The notes beneath the pieces are model-generated. The model saw only the letters and a list, made by a program, of their open reading frames with translations. It was not told where the DNA came from and did no database searches. A DNA stretch of 64,000 nt, taken from contig JBGANV010000001.1 in the NCBI GenBank assembly GCA_044222185.1, positions 128,001 to 192,000 of the forward strand, in the 5' to 3' direction. This stretch comes from Planctomycetota bacterium. GTDB taxonomy: Bacteria; Planctomycetota; GCA-002687715; CAIWVZ01. Below, piece after piece: positions 1 through 9,192 of this stretch (within the stretch, counting starts at the first letter, position 1; every line of letters begins with the position of its first letter). The position numbers were made by a program, and so were the translations under genes.

Positions 1-476
1 TTGAGCGAGAGCGCTGCCATGAACGCCAGCGAGCCCACGGTCCGGAGCGCCGTATCGAAGAGGTACATGAACCCCGGACCGACGCCCATGCGGACGGATT
101 CGATGTCGCTGGTGAGACGCGACATGAGGTCGCCGGTGCGGCTGCGGTTGTAGAACGGCCAGGACAGAGTCAGCAGGTGCTCGTAGATCGAGAGCCGCAT
201 CCGCTGCTCGACGTCGCGGCTTGCAGTGATCAAGAGCCAGCGCATCCCGTACTGACAGACGGCCGTCACCAGGGACACACCGATCAGCAGCCCGACCCAC
301 CGCAGGACCGCACCCCATCCCGCGCCGTCGCACACCGCGTCGGCGGCGCGCCCGAGCAGCCACGGGACGGCGACGCCGAAAGCGCTGCGTCCGAGAAGGA
401 ATGCCGTACCGCCGGCCACGCGCCCAGGCTGGCTCTTGATGGTCGCGAGGAAGTCCGGATCGCGGAAGAAATTCAC
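1..476 (-). CDS. ABC exporter ATP-binding/permease protein (MsbA/YheI-like), N-terminal transmembrane part; runs off the window start
   Basis: Not in the ORF track (truncated). Manual minus-strand translation from GTG at 476 gives VNFFRDPDF...GVAVPWLLGRAAD...RWLLITASRDVEQRMRLSIYEHLLTLSWPFYNRSRTGDLMSRLTSDIESVRMGVGPGFMY, the typical ABC_membrane 'F..RTGDLMSR..D' signature. Confidence 0.85.
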   Translation of the reverse strand, partial: MNFFRDPDFLATIKSQPGRVAGGTAFLLGRSAFGVAVPWLLGRAADAVCDGAGWGAVLRWVGLLIGVSLVTAVCQYGMRWLLITASRDVEQRMRLSIYEHLLTLSWPFYNRSRTGDLMSRLTSDIESVRMGVGPGFMYLFDTALRTVGSLAFMAALSL

Positions 477-661
477 TGGGTGAGACCGGGCGGCTGCGAG
501 CAGCTCACCGGTGCATTGAGCGCGGTGATTGATCGTCCAGAGCGCCGCTTAAGTTGGTCCTCATTCGGCGACGGATGATGGACGTCCAGTCGTGGGCATT
601 CAAGGCGGCCCAGTCGCGGAACCGAATCAATCAGCAGGGACTCTTTGCGTCGGGAGGTTTC

Positions 662-1450
662 ATGCGTCCGCATCTGCTGATCCTTGTGGCTTCAATCGGG
701 CTCGGCTCGGGGCTTCTCGCCCAGGGATCCGAGCCGCGCGATGAACGCGTTCAGGTCGTACTCAAGAACGGCCACACGATGGTCGGCGTTGCCAAGAGCG
801 GCTTGCGCTGCGAGCGGCAGGTCCACGGTCGATTCATGGCGTGCAACGACAACGACGACCGCGCCGCCGGCATTCGCCTGTGGTACTACCAGAACCTCGA
901 CGGCTACATCTTCCTGGATCGGAAGGCTCTCGATCACGTCGACGTCCTCGGGCTGCTCACCCCTGACGAGTCGCGCGAGCTGGCGGCGGCGATGTCCGCA
1001 GCGAACGCGGGGAGCGGCGGTGCTCGGGCCGCGTCCAGACCTTCGAGCCGACCCTCGCCGCAACCCGATCGTCCGAGCACCACCGATGGCGCTACGTACT
1101 CGGACGAGGAGCGCGCCCTGCTCATCCAGTTTCCTCCGGAGAAGGGGTGGGGGCCGGAGAAATTCGGCGAGCTCCAGCGCCGGAAGATCGTGATGCACGT
1201 GAATCCCTCCGTCGAGGAGCAGGCGTTCGTGGACGCCTTCCCCCGGTATCAGGTCGCGTGGAGGAAGTGGGCGGAGGAACAGGGCCGCAAGAGCGAAGCC
1301 GCGGGCGGCGACGATGCCCACCCCGCGGTGAAGGCCGGAGCTCCACCGCCGCAGAAGGGCGCGGAGGCGCCTGAGGAGAAACCCGCGGACGACGACGCGA
1401 CGAACGTCGAGAAGTCGGCGAAGCGCGGGTCATCCAAGTCGAAACAGTGA
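662..1450 (+). CDS. Secreted hypothetical protein with low-complexity linkers
   Basis: GGGAGG SD before ATG 662; signal peptide MRPHLLILVASIGLGSGLLA-Q; Pro/Ser-rich linker and Lys-rich tail; no recognisable family. Confidence 0.65.
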   Translation: MRPHLLILVASIGLGSGLLAQGSEPRDERVQVVLKNGHTMVGVAKSGLRCERQVHGRFMACNDNDDRAAGIRLWYYQNLDGYIFLDRKALDHVDVLGLLTPDESRELAAAMSAANAGSGGARAASRPSSRPSPQPDRPSTTDGATYSDEERALLIQFPPEKGWGPEKFGELQRRKIVMHVNPSVEEQAFVDAFPRYQVAWRKWAEEQGRKSEAAGGDDAHPAVKAGAPPPQKGAEAPEEKPADDDATNVEKSAKRGSSKSKQ

Positions 1451-1479
1451 TCTCGCGCGGCTGCAAGGCCGTGGGGCGA

Positions 1480-2388
1480 TCATGGAGCCGTTCCCGAAAC
1501 GGGGAGCGGCACGCGCGCCCAGAGCCTCGACGGTTGCACTGCGGCAGCCTTGCGCACGACGCCGAGCGGCTCCGACGTCCCCTCTGACGTGATGACCTGC
1601 GAGATCAGCTCCAGCGGCACGGCTTCGAAGTAGCGGTTGTGGACGGTGACGGCCGCCGGTGCTCCCTCCCAGACCTGCGACGCCGGTTCGTCCAGGATGC
1701 GTAGTCGTTCCGCAAGTGCGGTTCCGACGATCTTCAGCTCCTCGAGACAGGCGACTACCGCGGTCCCTCGCGCACGGCACTCGCGGGCCGCCGATCGGCT
1801 GCCGACCTTGTTGATCAGCGCCGTCGGCGTGAGCGCGTCGCCGCCAAGCAGGAGCAGGTCGGCCGAACTCGCCGCCACGGGGAATGCGGAATCGGAGTAG
1901 AAGTGCGTCTCGTGGCCGGCCGCAACGGACCGTTGAGCCGCGCGACGTCCCTCGCCGCCCGGCCGCGAGTCGGCCACGAGGACGACGAGCTTGCGGCCGA
2001 TGCGGTCGAGGACCTCTCCAACGGTCGACGACCAACTGAGGATGGCGACGCGGCGCGCATCGCCGAGACGTGCGACTGCGGCGGCGACGATCGCCGAGAG
2101 ATTCTGTTGGTGCTCGGAGAGCTGGCGATCGGTCTCCGCAAGCACGGCCGCGGTGCCGCCGGTCTCTGCCGCGCGGAAGAGGCGGTCGAATCCCACGAGC
2201 AGTGCGGCCATCGTCGGTTGCGCCGGTACGACTCCGGACGCCATCCGTACGAGCGTGTTCTCGACGAGGTCGTCCGTGCGTCCACGTAGGGTCGACGCCA
2301 CGAGGTTGAGGAGGCGACCGGTGATCTCTCGCGCACCCGAAGTCCTGTCCTCTGCCAATTCCCGCAACCGCAGCGTCAGATCGCTCAT
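1480..2388 (-). CDS. eIF-2B alpha/beta/delta family protein (archaeal aIF-2B-like / R15P isomerase fold)
   Basis: Motifs DRTSGAREI, QPTMAAL, ILSWSSTV, DSRPGGEG, GGDAL..LINKVGS, HNRYFEAVP, ITSEG. Start 2388 chosen from the upstream promoter geometry; alternative start 2397. Confidence 0.85.
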   Translation of the reverse strand: MSDLTLRLRELAEDRTSGAREITGRLLNLVASTLRGRTDDLVENTLVRMASGVVPAQPTMAALLVGFDRLFRAAETGGTAAVLAETDRQLSEHQQNLSAIVAAAVARLGDARRVAILSWSSTVGEVLDRIGRKLVVLVADSRPGGEGRRAAQRSVAAGHETHFYSDSAFPVAASSADLLLLGGDALTPTALINKVGSRSAARECRARGTAVVACLEELKIVGTALAERLRILDEPASQVWEGAPAAVTVHNRYFEAVPLELISQVITSEGTSEPLGVVRKAAAVQPSRLWARVPLPVSGTAP

Positions 2389-2395
2389 GGTGTCC

Positions 2396-2423
2396 ATGGT
2401 GGCGCGCACCGCGCGGCCGTCAA
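2396..2423 (-). promoter_or_regulatory. Putative sigma70 promoter for a leaderless eIF-2B-like transcript
   Basis: Minus strand TTGACG-N16-CACCAT, then 7 nt, then ATG (2388). Confidence 0.45.
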
Positions 2424-2429
2424 CCCGGG

Positions 2430-2438
2430 TGCTATGTT
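2430..2438 (+). promoter_or_regulatory. Putative extended -10 for a leaderless lpxK operon
   Basis: TG-C-TATGTT followed 6 nt later by the GTG start at 2445; no SD. Confidence 0.4.
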
Positions 2439-2444
2439 CCGGCC

Positions 2445-3515
2445 GTGAAGGTCCGCCAAAGCCCGGTCGTCGCGTGGTGGTGGGGTGAAAGCGCGAGCGT
2501 GCTTTCCGCTGCGGCTCGCCTGCCGCTCATTCCCCTCGCCTTGGCGTACTCCGCGATCGCACGCGTGCGCACGTGGATGTGGACCCGCGGGCCGTTGCGC
2601 GGAAGGCGCGTTCGGTTGGCGCATCCCGTCATCAGCGTTGGGAACGTGACGGTAGGTGGCACGGGGAAGACTCCGACCGTCCGGTGGATCTGCGAAGTGC
2701 TGCAGCGTGCCGGCCGCGCGCCGTGGGTTCTCTCGAGTGGGTGGGGGACGCGGGGACCGGGCTGCGATCTCGACGAGGAGGGGGAGTCCCTCCGTCGTGT
2801 GATCCCCGGCCTGCGAATCACGCAGTCGAGACGACTGCGACGGCGGCTGCGTCGGGGCGATGACGCCATCGTGTCCGCACCGCCGAACACGGTGTTCGTG
2901 CTGGACGATGGGCTCCAGAAGGTCTGGCTGGCTCGAGACCTCGACATCGTCGTCGTTGACGCCTCCCGTCCGTTCGGGTCCGGGTGGTGCATTCCCGCCG
3001 GGCCGATGCGCGAGCCCCCGTCCGCGCTCGGTCGAGGTCACGTGGTGATTCTCTCCCGCGTCGACCAGGCGGACCCACAGAGCCTATCGAGGTTGCGGAG
3101 CCTCATGGGCGACCTGTGCCCGCGGGCCGACGTTCTCCGCCAATGCCACCGTCCGGATCGACTCGTGATCTCCGGACGGGGCCCGGAAACGCTGGCCGGG
3201 AAACGGGTCCACCTGCTTTCGGCGATCGGCAATCCGGCGGCATTCGAGCGCACGGTCGCCGCTCTCGGTGCCGAGGTCGTCGGGGCGTTCACGGCGGGCG
3301 ATCATGCACCGCTGGATGCGTCGCGGGTCGACGCGGCGCGACGCGCCGCCGTCGCCGAAGCGGCCGACGTCGTGCTTGCGACGGGCAAGGACGCGCCGAA
3401 GGTCGCGGCGTTTGCTGCGGGGAGGCCGCCCCTCGACGCTCTGGAGATCCGCGTGGAATTCGAGGATGATCCCGCGCCGCTCGTCGAACGGATCGCGTCG
3501 CTGCGGCGCGGTTGA
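2445..3515 (+). CDS. lpxK: Tetraacyldisaccharide 4'-kinase
   Basis: PVISVGNVTVGGTGKTP Walker A, DEE, LDDGLQ, ARDLDIVV, PAGPMRE, SAIGNP..F, DH, TGKDAPK. Confidence 0.95.
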   Translation: MKVRQSPVVAWWWGESASVLSAAARLPLIPLALAYSAIARVRTWMWTRGPLRGRRVRLAHPVISVGNVTVGGTGKTPTVRWICEVLQRAGRAPWVLSSGWGTRGPGCDLDEEGESLRRVIPGLRITQSRRLRRRLRRGDDAIVSAPPNTVFVLDDGLQKVWLARDLDIVVVDASRPFGSGWCIPAGPMREPPSALGRGHVVILSRVDQADPQSLSRLRSLMGDLCPRADVLRQCHRPDRLVISGRGPETLAGKRVHLLSAIGNPAAFERTVAALGAEVVGAFTAGDHAPLDASRVDAARRAAVAEAADVVLATGKDAPKVAAFAAGRPPLDALEIRVEFEDDPAPLVERIASLRRG

Positions 3516-3521
3516 CCGAAC

Positions 3522-4469
3522 ATGTCACGACGACGCAGCCTCGTCCGGAACGTTGCCGAATACGTCGCGGCCCGCGGCGTCATCGCCCTCACGCGGCTCT
3601 TACCCCGGCGCGCCATCCCCGCAGTGAGCCGTGCTCTCGGCGTGATCCTTCACACGGCGCTCCGCGGCCGCCGCCGCGTCGTGTACCAGAACGTAGCCTT
3701 GGCCTATCGGGGCGCACCCGATGCCCCCGATCCAGCCCGCTTGTCGAAGGCGTCGTTCGCGAACCTCTGCCGGTCATTCCTCGAGTTGTTCCTGATCCCA
3801 CCGGCGGATCGACCCGAGGAGCTTCTCGCCGCCGTGAAGTTCGACAGGGGCCTGACCCCGGAACGACTGGCGCAGCGCGTCGGCCCGGGGCCGGTGATCT
3901 ACACGGTCGGGCACTTCGGCGCATGGGAGATCGCCGGCGCCGTTTCGGGGGCGCTCGGTACGCCCGTCACGAGCCTCGTGCGCCCGCTCGACAACCCGCT
4001 GTTGGAGGCCTATCTCGCCCGGATTAGGATGCGCTTCGGTCAGAAGCTGGCCAGCAATCGCGGTGGGTTCCGCCAATTGTTCGAGGACCTGGCGAACGGT
4101 CGATCCGTCGCCGTTCTCGTCGACCTGAACATGAAGCGCCAGGGGGCTGTATTCGTGGACTTCTTCGGCGTGAAAGCCGCGACGGCGAAGACGCCCGCGG
4201 TTCTCGCGCTCCGCTCGGGGCGCCCCCTCGTGCCGGTGTTCTGCCATCGCACGGCCGAGGCCTACCGCTTCGAGATCGAGGTGGCGGAACCGATCGCGCC
4301 ACGGCTTCATTCGCAGGACCGTGATGAGGAGACCCTCCGGCTCGTCACGGAGGTGACGCGTGTCGTCGAGCAGCGGGTGCGCGCCACGCCCGAGCAGTGG
4401 CTGTGGACCCACCGGCGCTGGAAGACGCGACCCGACGGCGAGTCGTCGGCGGAGGCTTCGTCGCGATGA
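3522..4469 (+). CDS. lpxL: Lipid A biosynthesis late acyltransferase (HtrB/LpxL family)
   Basis: GHFGAWE catalytic motif, RPLDNP, FVDFFG, PEQWLWTHRRWK. Confidence 0.9.
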   Translation: MSRRRSLVRNVAEYVAARGVIALTRLLPRRAIPAVSRALGVILHTALRGRRRVVYQNVALAYRGAPDAPDPARLSKASFANLCRSFLELFLIPPADRPEELLAAVKFDRGLTPERLAQRVGPGPVIYTVGHFGAWEIAGAVSGALGTPVTSLVRPLDNPLLEAYLARIRMRFGQKLASNRGGFRQLFEDLANGRSVAVLVDLNMKRQGAVFVDFFGVKAATAKTPAVLALRSGRPLVPVFCHRTAEAYRFEIEVAEPIAPRLHSQDRDEETLRLVTEVTRVVEQRVRATPEQWLWTHRRWKTRPDGESSAEASSR

Positions 4470-5455
4470 CCGACACCGCCGGCCAGTTGTTGCAACGCTT
4501 CCCGGAGCTGCGGATCGCAGTCGTCGGAGACATCGTCGCCGACCAGTACATCTACAGCGAGCCCATGCGGCTTTCGCGCGAGGCGCCCGTCATCGTCGTC
4601 CGATATCAAGCGAAGCGGTTGATTCCGGGAGGCGCGGCAAACGCGTTGAACAACCTTCTTGCTCTTGGAGCCAAGGTCTTCCCCGTGGGCCTCGTCGGCG
4701 ACGACGACGAGGGTGAATCGCTCCTGTCGCACTTCCGTGGGTTCGGTGTCGAGACGTCGGGGATCGTCCGATCGCAGCGCTACCGCACGATCGCGAAGAC
4801 GCGGATCATGGCCGGCGATCCCAACCGCTCGAAGCAGCAGCTCCTGCGCATCGATCACGAGCCCGATGCCCCGCCGGACGTCGCTACGATCGACGAGGTC
4901 CGGGCCCGCGTTCGCGAAATCGTCCCCCACGTGGACGCGTTGCTCTTCTCCGACTATGGCTACGACCTGGTGACCTCCGACGTCGTGAAGGAGGCTCGCT
5001 CCGCGTTCCGCGGTTCGGTGTCCGCAGCAGACTCGCGGTATCGAATCCGCGATTTTGCTGGCGTGACGATCGTCACGCCGAACGAGGGCGAAGCCGAGGA
5101 CGCAGTCGGCATTCGGATCCGTGACGACGACGGGCTGGAGCGCGTCGGGCGCAAACTTCTCGCGGAGATCGGCTCTCCGGCGGTCCTGATCACTCGCGGG
5201 AACCGCGGGATGGCCCTCTTCGAGCGCGGGAAACCGCGGCTGGACATCCCGGCAACCGGCACGGACGAGGTGACTGACGTCTCCGGCGCCGGCGACACTG
5301 TGATCGCGGTCGTGACCTTGGCGCTCGCGGCCGGGGCATCGTTCGAGGTGGCAGCTCGGCTGAGCAACGCGGCGGCTGGCGTCGTCGTGATGAAACCCGG
5401 TGCGGCCACCTGTTCGCCGCAGGAGTTCCTCGCCGCAGCGGGGGATGGGATTTGA
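4466..5455 (+). CDS. rfaE1: D-glycero-beta-D-manno-heptose-7-phosphate kinase (RfaE domain I, PfkB family)
   Basis: VVGD..DQY, RLSREAPV, PGGAAN, KTRI..QQLLRID, SDYG, TPNEGE, DVSGAGDTV; ATGA overlap with the upstream gene. Confidence 0.92.
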   Translation: MTDTAGQLLQRFPELRIAVVGDIVADQYIYSEPMRLSREAPVIVVRYQAKRLIPGGAANALNNLLALGAKVFPVGLVGDDDEGESLLSHFRGFGVETSGIVRSQRYRTIAKTRIMAGDPNRSKQQLLRIDHEPDAPPDVATIDEVRARVREIVPHVDALLFSDYGYDLVTSDVVKEARSAFRGSVSAADSRYRIRDFAGVTIVTPNEGEAEDAVGIRIRDDDGLERVGRKLLAEIGSPAVLITRGNRGMALFERGKPRLDIPATGTDEVTDVSGAGDTVIAVVTLALAAGASFEVAARLSNAAAGVVVMKPGAATCSPQEFLAAAGDGI

Positions 5456-5943
5456 CGTCCAGCATCGACAAGGTCTGTCCCGACATGGCGACGCTCCTGT
5501 CGCGGCTCGATCCGGTGCGGGCGGCCGGCGGGACGATCGTGCTCACCAACGGTGCATTCGACCTTCTGCACGTGGGACACGTGCGCGCCCTCGAAGACGC
5601 TCGTCGACACGGCACGTGTCTCGTCGTCGCGATCAATAGTGATGCGTCCGTCCGGCGGCTGAAGGGACCCTCGCGACCTGTCGTGCCGGAAGGGGAGAGG
5701 GCCGAACTGGTCGCGGCCATCGGGTGCGTCGATCTCGTCTACGTGTTCGGCGAGACCGACGTCTCGGTGATCATCAGGGCCGTTCGCCCGGACGTTCATG
5801 CGAAGGGGCGGGACTACACGGCGGCGACGGTGCCAGAGCGCGCGGTGGTCGCGGAGGTCGGTGGTCGGGTGGTGATCGTCGGAGATCCAAAGGACCACGC
5901 GACGACTGACGTCATCGCGCGGATCCGAGCCCTGCCGCCGTGA
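5452..5943 (+). CDS. rfaE2: D-glycero-beta-D-manno-heptose 1-phosphate adenylyltransferase (RfaE domain II)
   Basis: TNGAFDLLHVGH, INSDASVRRLKGPSRP, HAKGRDY. Confidence 0.93.
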   Translation: MTSSIDKVCPDMATLLSRLDPVRAAGGTIVLTNGAFDLLHVGHVRALEDARRHGTCLVVAINSDASVRRLKGPSRPVVPEGERAELVAAIGCVDLVYVFGETDVSVIIRAVRPDVHAKGRDYTAATVPERAVVAEVGGRVVIVGDPKDHATTDVIARIRALPP

Positions 5944-6965
5944 GCGACCCGGAGCGCGTTCTGCTTCGCCTCCCGAACTGGGTCGGTGATCTCGTGATGG
6001 TCACGCCTGCGCTGCGCGCCGTCCGGCGGGCGTTTCCCAATGCGCGAGTGACGGCCGCGGTCAGAGGTTACGGCCTCCCCGTGCTCGGCGGGCTGCAGAC
6101 CATCGACGAGATCTGGCCCATCGGGCGCCGGTTCGAGCACATCGGGCCCGGGATCCTGGAATATGCACGCGAGCTCCGCGCCCGGCGGTTCGACCTGGCG
6201 GTGCTCTTCACGAATAGCCTGACGTCCGCGCTGGGCCCGTGGCTCGCGAGAATCCCCCGGCGCGTCGGGTACGAAGGCGACTGGCGGACTCCGTTCCTGA
6301 CGACGCGCGCCCCGCGGTCGGACCGGCGCGCGCCAGTCCCGATGCCCAGGTTCTATCTCGACCTTCTGGCCGCTGCCGGGGTGGAGCCCGCGGGGGTGGG
6401 GTATGACCTTCCCGTTCGCCAAGAGGACCGAAGCTACGTCGACGATCTCTTCGCGAGGCTTGGGATCGATGCCGCGCGACCGATCGCCGCGCTCAACCCA
6501 GGGGCAAAGTTCGGTTCGAGCAAGCTTTGGCCCATCGACCGGTTTGCCGCCGTCGGGGACGCGTTGGTCCGACGGTTCGGATACCAGGTGCTCCTGGTCT
6601 GTGGGCCCGATGAGGTCGCGATCGCGCGGGCGATCACTTCCGCGATGCGCGAACCGGTGGCGTCGACGCATGACCGTGTCGTCCCTCTCGCGCCCTTGCG
6701 CGCACTCATGCAGCGCATCGATCTCCTCGTGACGACTGACACGGGCCCCCGTCACATGGCGGTCGCCTTCGAGCGCCCCACGGTCGTCGTCATGGGTTCC
6801 ACGCACCCGGTCTGGACGGACTGGAACATGGGGCGGACGCGCGTCGTTCGGCACGACGTCCCGTGCGGGCCATGCCACCTTCGGGTTTGTCCGCTGGACC
6901 ACGCCTGCATGGAACTCGTCACGGTTGAGGAGGTCCTGGCGGCGGTCGAGGATCTCCGCCGTTGA
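5940..6965 (+). CDS. waaF: Lipopolysaccharide heptosyltransferase II (GT9)
   Basis: PNWVGDLVM, NPGAKFGSSKLWP, TTDTGPRHMA, C-terminal CGPC...CP..H.CM. Confidence 0.9.
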   Translation: MSDPERVLLRLPNWVGDLVMVTPALRAVRRAFPNARVTAAVRGYGLPVLGGLQTIDEIWPIGRRFEHIGPGILEYARELRARRFDLAVLFTNSLTSALGPWLARIPRRVGYEGDWRTPFLTTRAPRSDRRAPVPMPRFYLDLLAAAGVEPAGVGYDLPVRQEDRSYVDDLFARLGIDAARPIAALNPGAKFGSSKLWPIDRFAAVGDALVRRFGYQVLLVCGPDEVAIARAITSAMREPVASTHDRVVPLAPLRALMQRIDLLVTTDTGPRHMAVAFERPTVVVMGSTHPVWTDWNMGRTRVVRHDVPCGPCHLRVCPLDHACMELVTVEEVLAAVEDLRR

Positions 6966-7170
6966 GGCCGCGGCGCCCCCGGGGGGAGGCGGCCATCGGC
7001 ACGGATTGACGTCAAATGCGGCCCCCGGGGTGGGGTTGTTCGCCGCCGCACGGGCGGTGCGGATTCGCACAGGAAGTTTTCGTTCTTGAAGCCCCTTTCT
7101 GTATAAGGGCCGCAGATCGCTGCGCCCGTCAGCCTTGCCGCGGGGGACGCACGACATCGGAGTGCGACAG

Positions 7171-9147
7171 ATGGAGACAGAGCTCTCGTCGAAACGGGCG
7201 AAGCTGGTGCTCCAGGGACCGACCGGAACGATCATCCACCCTCTGGACAAGGGCACGATCACCGCCGGACGAGGAACTACGAATACCCTGGTCGTCAATG
7301 ATCCGCGCGTGAGTCGCGTTCACGCGCGGCTCGAGTTCACACCACAGGGCTACCGCATCCTGGACGCCGGAAGTCAGAACGGCACCTGGGTGAACGGGAA
7401 CCGGGTCCAGACCGCGATCCTTCGCGACGGCGACGTCGTGCAACTCGGCGCCACACGACTGACCTACCGAGAGGACGAAGACGCGTCGTCCGTCATCGTC
7501 TCTCCAGCAAAGCTCGATCCCGAATCCACGAACGAGTTCACACTCACCGAAGTGGGCCGACGCGCACCCGAGGACGCACCCCCTGCCGATCTCGCCGAGC
7601 GGTTCCATCGAGTCGCCGAGTTGATGCGAGCCATCTCCGGTGCGGTGGGTTCGGACCGGTTCTTCGATCAGCTCATCAACGCCGCCGTGGACCTCACGTC
7701 CGCCGAGCGCGGGTTCATCATCGTGAACACGAGGCAAGGCATGGAGTTTCGTGCGGCACGGAACATCGGGCAGGAAGACAGACGCGGGCCCGAGTTCGAG
7801 GTGTCGTGGTCGATCGCCGTGAAGGTCGGCACGACGGGCGACGGCGTCTTGCTCGTCGACGCGCTCCATGACGAGCGATTCCGCGCCATCGAGAGCGTGG
7901 AGTCGCTCGGACTTCGGTCCGTGCTCTGCGTTCCGATCCGAAGCGAACTCGGCATCCAAGGTGTCATCTACCTGGACAACCGCCTCCAACTCGGCGCATT
8001 CACCGCCGACGACCGCGCGGTGATCGACGTCCTCGCGGACCAGGCCGGCGTCGTTCTCGGGCAGGAGCGTCTCTCGCGTGACCTGAAGGCCCGGCAGCAG
8101 GAGGTCGAATCGCTCAACCGGCGGCTGAAGGAGAAGCTCTCCGAGCAGGACACCGAGCTGACGCGGATGCGTGCCGAACTGCGCGCAGGCCGTGTGGAGG
8201 CGGACGCAGGCTTCCAGCCGCTGATCGGAGGATCGGCGCGCATGGACGAACTTCGCAGCCTGATGCGCAAGATCGCGCCCTCGGAGCTTCCCGTCCTCGT
8301 CTTCGGCGAATCCGGCACCGGCAAGGAACTCGTCGCACGGTGCATTCATCAGAGCGGGCCGCGAGCCAACTCGGAGATGGTCTCCGTGAATTGCGCCGCG
8401 TTCCCTGAGGGGTTGCTCGAGGCCGAGTTGTTCGGCCACGTTCGCGGCGCCTTCACGGGTGCCGATCGCGCCAAGAAGGGCCTGCTGGAAGCGGCCCATG
8501 GCGGGACCCTGTTCCTCGACGAGGTCGAGTGCATGAGCCCGGGCATGCAGTCGCGACTCCTGCGAGTCCTCCAGGAGGGTGAGATCCGCCCCGTGGGCGC
8601 GCAACAAAGCCTGAAGGTGGACGTCCGAGTGATCGCGGCCAGCAACCAGGATCTGCGCAAGATGGTCGCGGACGGCACGTTCCGCGAGGACCTCTACTAC
8701 CGACTACGCGTCCTCCAGGTGAACATCCCGCCGCTCCGCGACCGCCGGGAGGACATCGCGATCCTCGTTGCGCATTTCATCGAGAAATACGCGCCTTCCG
8801 TCACGGTGTCGGCTGAGGCTCTCGATCTCCTCATGTCGTACAGCTGGCCCGGGAACGTCCGGGAACTGGAGAACGAGATCCGCCGCTGCGCGGTGATCGC
8901 CGGACCCGTCATCGGCGTCGAGGGGTTGTCGAAGCACATCAGTGACTCGACGCGCATGCTCATCGGGGAGGAATCGAGCTTCCATGACCTCGGAGATCTG
9001 GTCAAGATGGTCGAGAGCCGCGAGATCCAGAAGGCGCTGAAGAAGAGTGCGGGCAACAAGACACGGGCGGCGGACCTGCTCGGAATCTCCCGCTTCACGC
9101 TCCAGCGAAAGCTCGACAAGTACGGGATCGCGGCAGAGGACGACTGA
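7171..9147 (+). CDS. Sigma54-dependent enhancer-binding protein with FHA and GAF input domains
   Basis: FHA (AGRG, SRVHA, SQNGT), GAF (RSVLCVPI..GVIYLDNR), coiled coil, AAA+ (GESGTGKE, GAFTGA, LFLDEV, FREDLYYRL, WPGNVRELEN) and Fis HTH. Confidence 0.95.
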   Translation: METELSSKRAKLVLQGPTGTIIHPLDKGTITAGRGTTNTLVVNDPRVSRVHARLEFTPQGYRILDAGSQNGTWVNGNRVQTAILRDGDVVQLGATRLTYREDEDASSVIVSPAKLDPESTNEFTLTEVGRRAPEDAPPADLAERFHRVAELMRAISGAVGSDRFFDQLINAAVDLTSAERGFIIVNTRQGMEFRAARNIGQEDRRGPEFEVSWSIAVKVGTTGDGVLLVDALHDERFRAIESVESLGLRSVLCVPIRSELGIQGVIYLDNRLQLGAFTADDRAVIDVLADQAGVVLGQERLSRDLKARQQEVESLNRRLKEKLSEQDTELTRMRAELRAGRVEADAGFQPLIGGSARMDELRSLMRKIAPSELPVLVFGESGTGKELVARCIHQSGPRANSEMVSVNCAAFPEGLLEAELFGHVRGAFTGADRAKKGLLEAAHGGTLFLDEVECMSPGMQSRLLRVLQEGEIRPVGAQQSLKVDVRVIAASNQDLRKMVADGTFREDLYYRLRVLQVNIPPLRDRREDIAILVAHFIEKYAPSVTVSAEALDLLMSYSWPGNVRELENEIRRCAVIAGPVIGVEGLSKHISDSTRMLIGEESSFHDLGDLVKMVESREIQKALKKSAGNKTRAADLLGISRFTLQRKLDKYGIAAEDD

Positions 9148-9192
9148 CGCTTGGGCGCGGAGCGCGCACGGCGGCGTCCCATGAGGAAATCG

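Noticed and set aside
7006-7015. Palindrome TTGACGTCAA upstream of the sigma54 activator
   Set aside because: Single 10-bp instance with no second copy or supporting context; could be chance.
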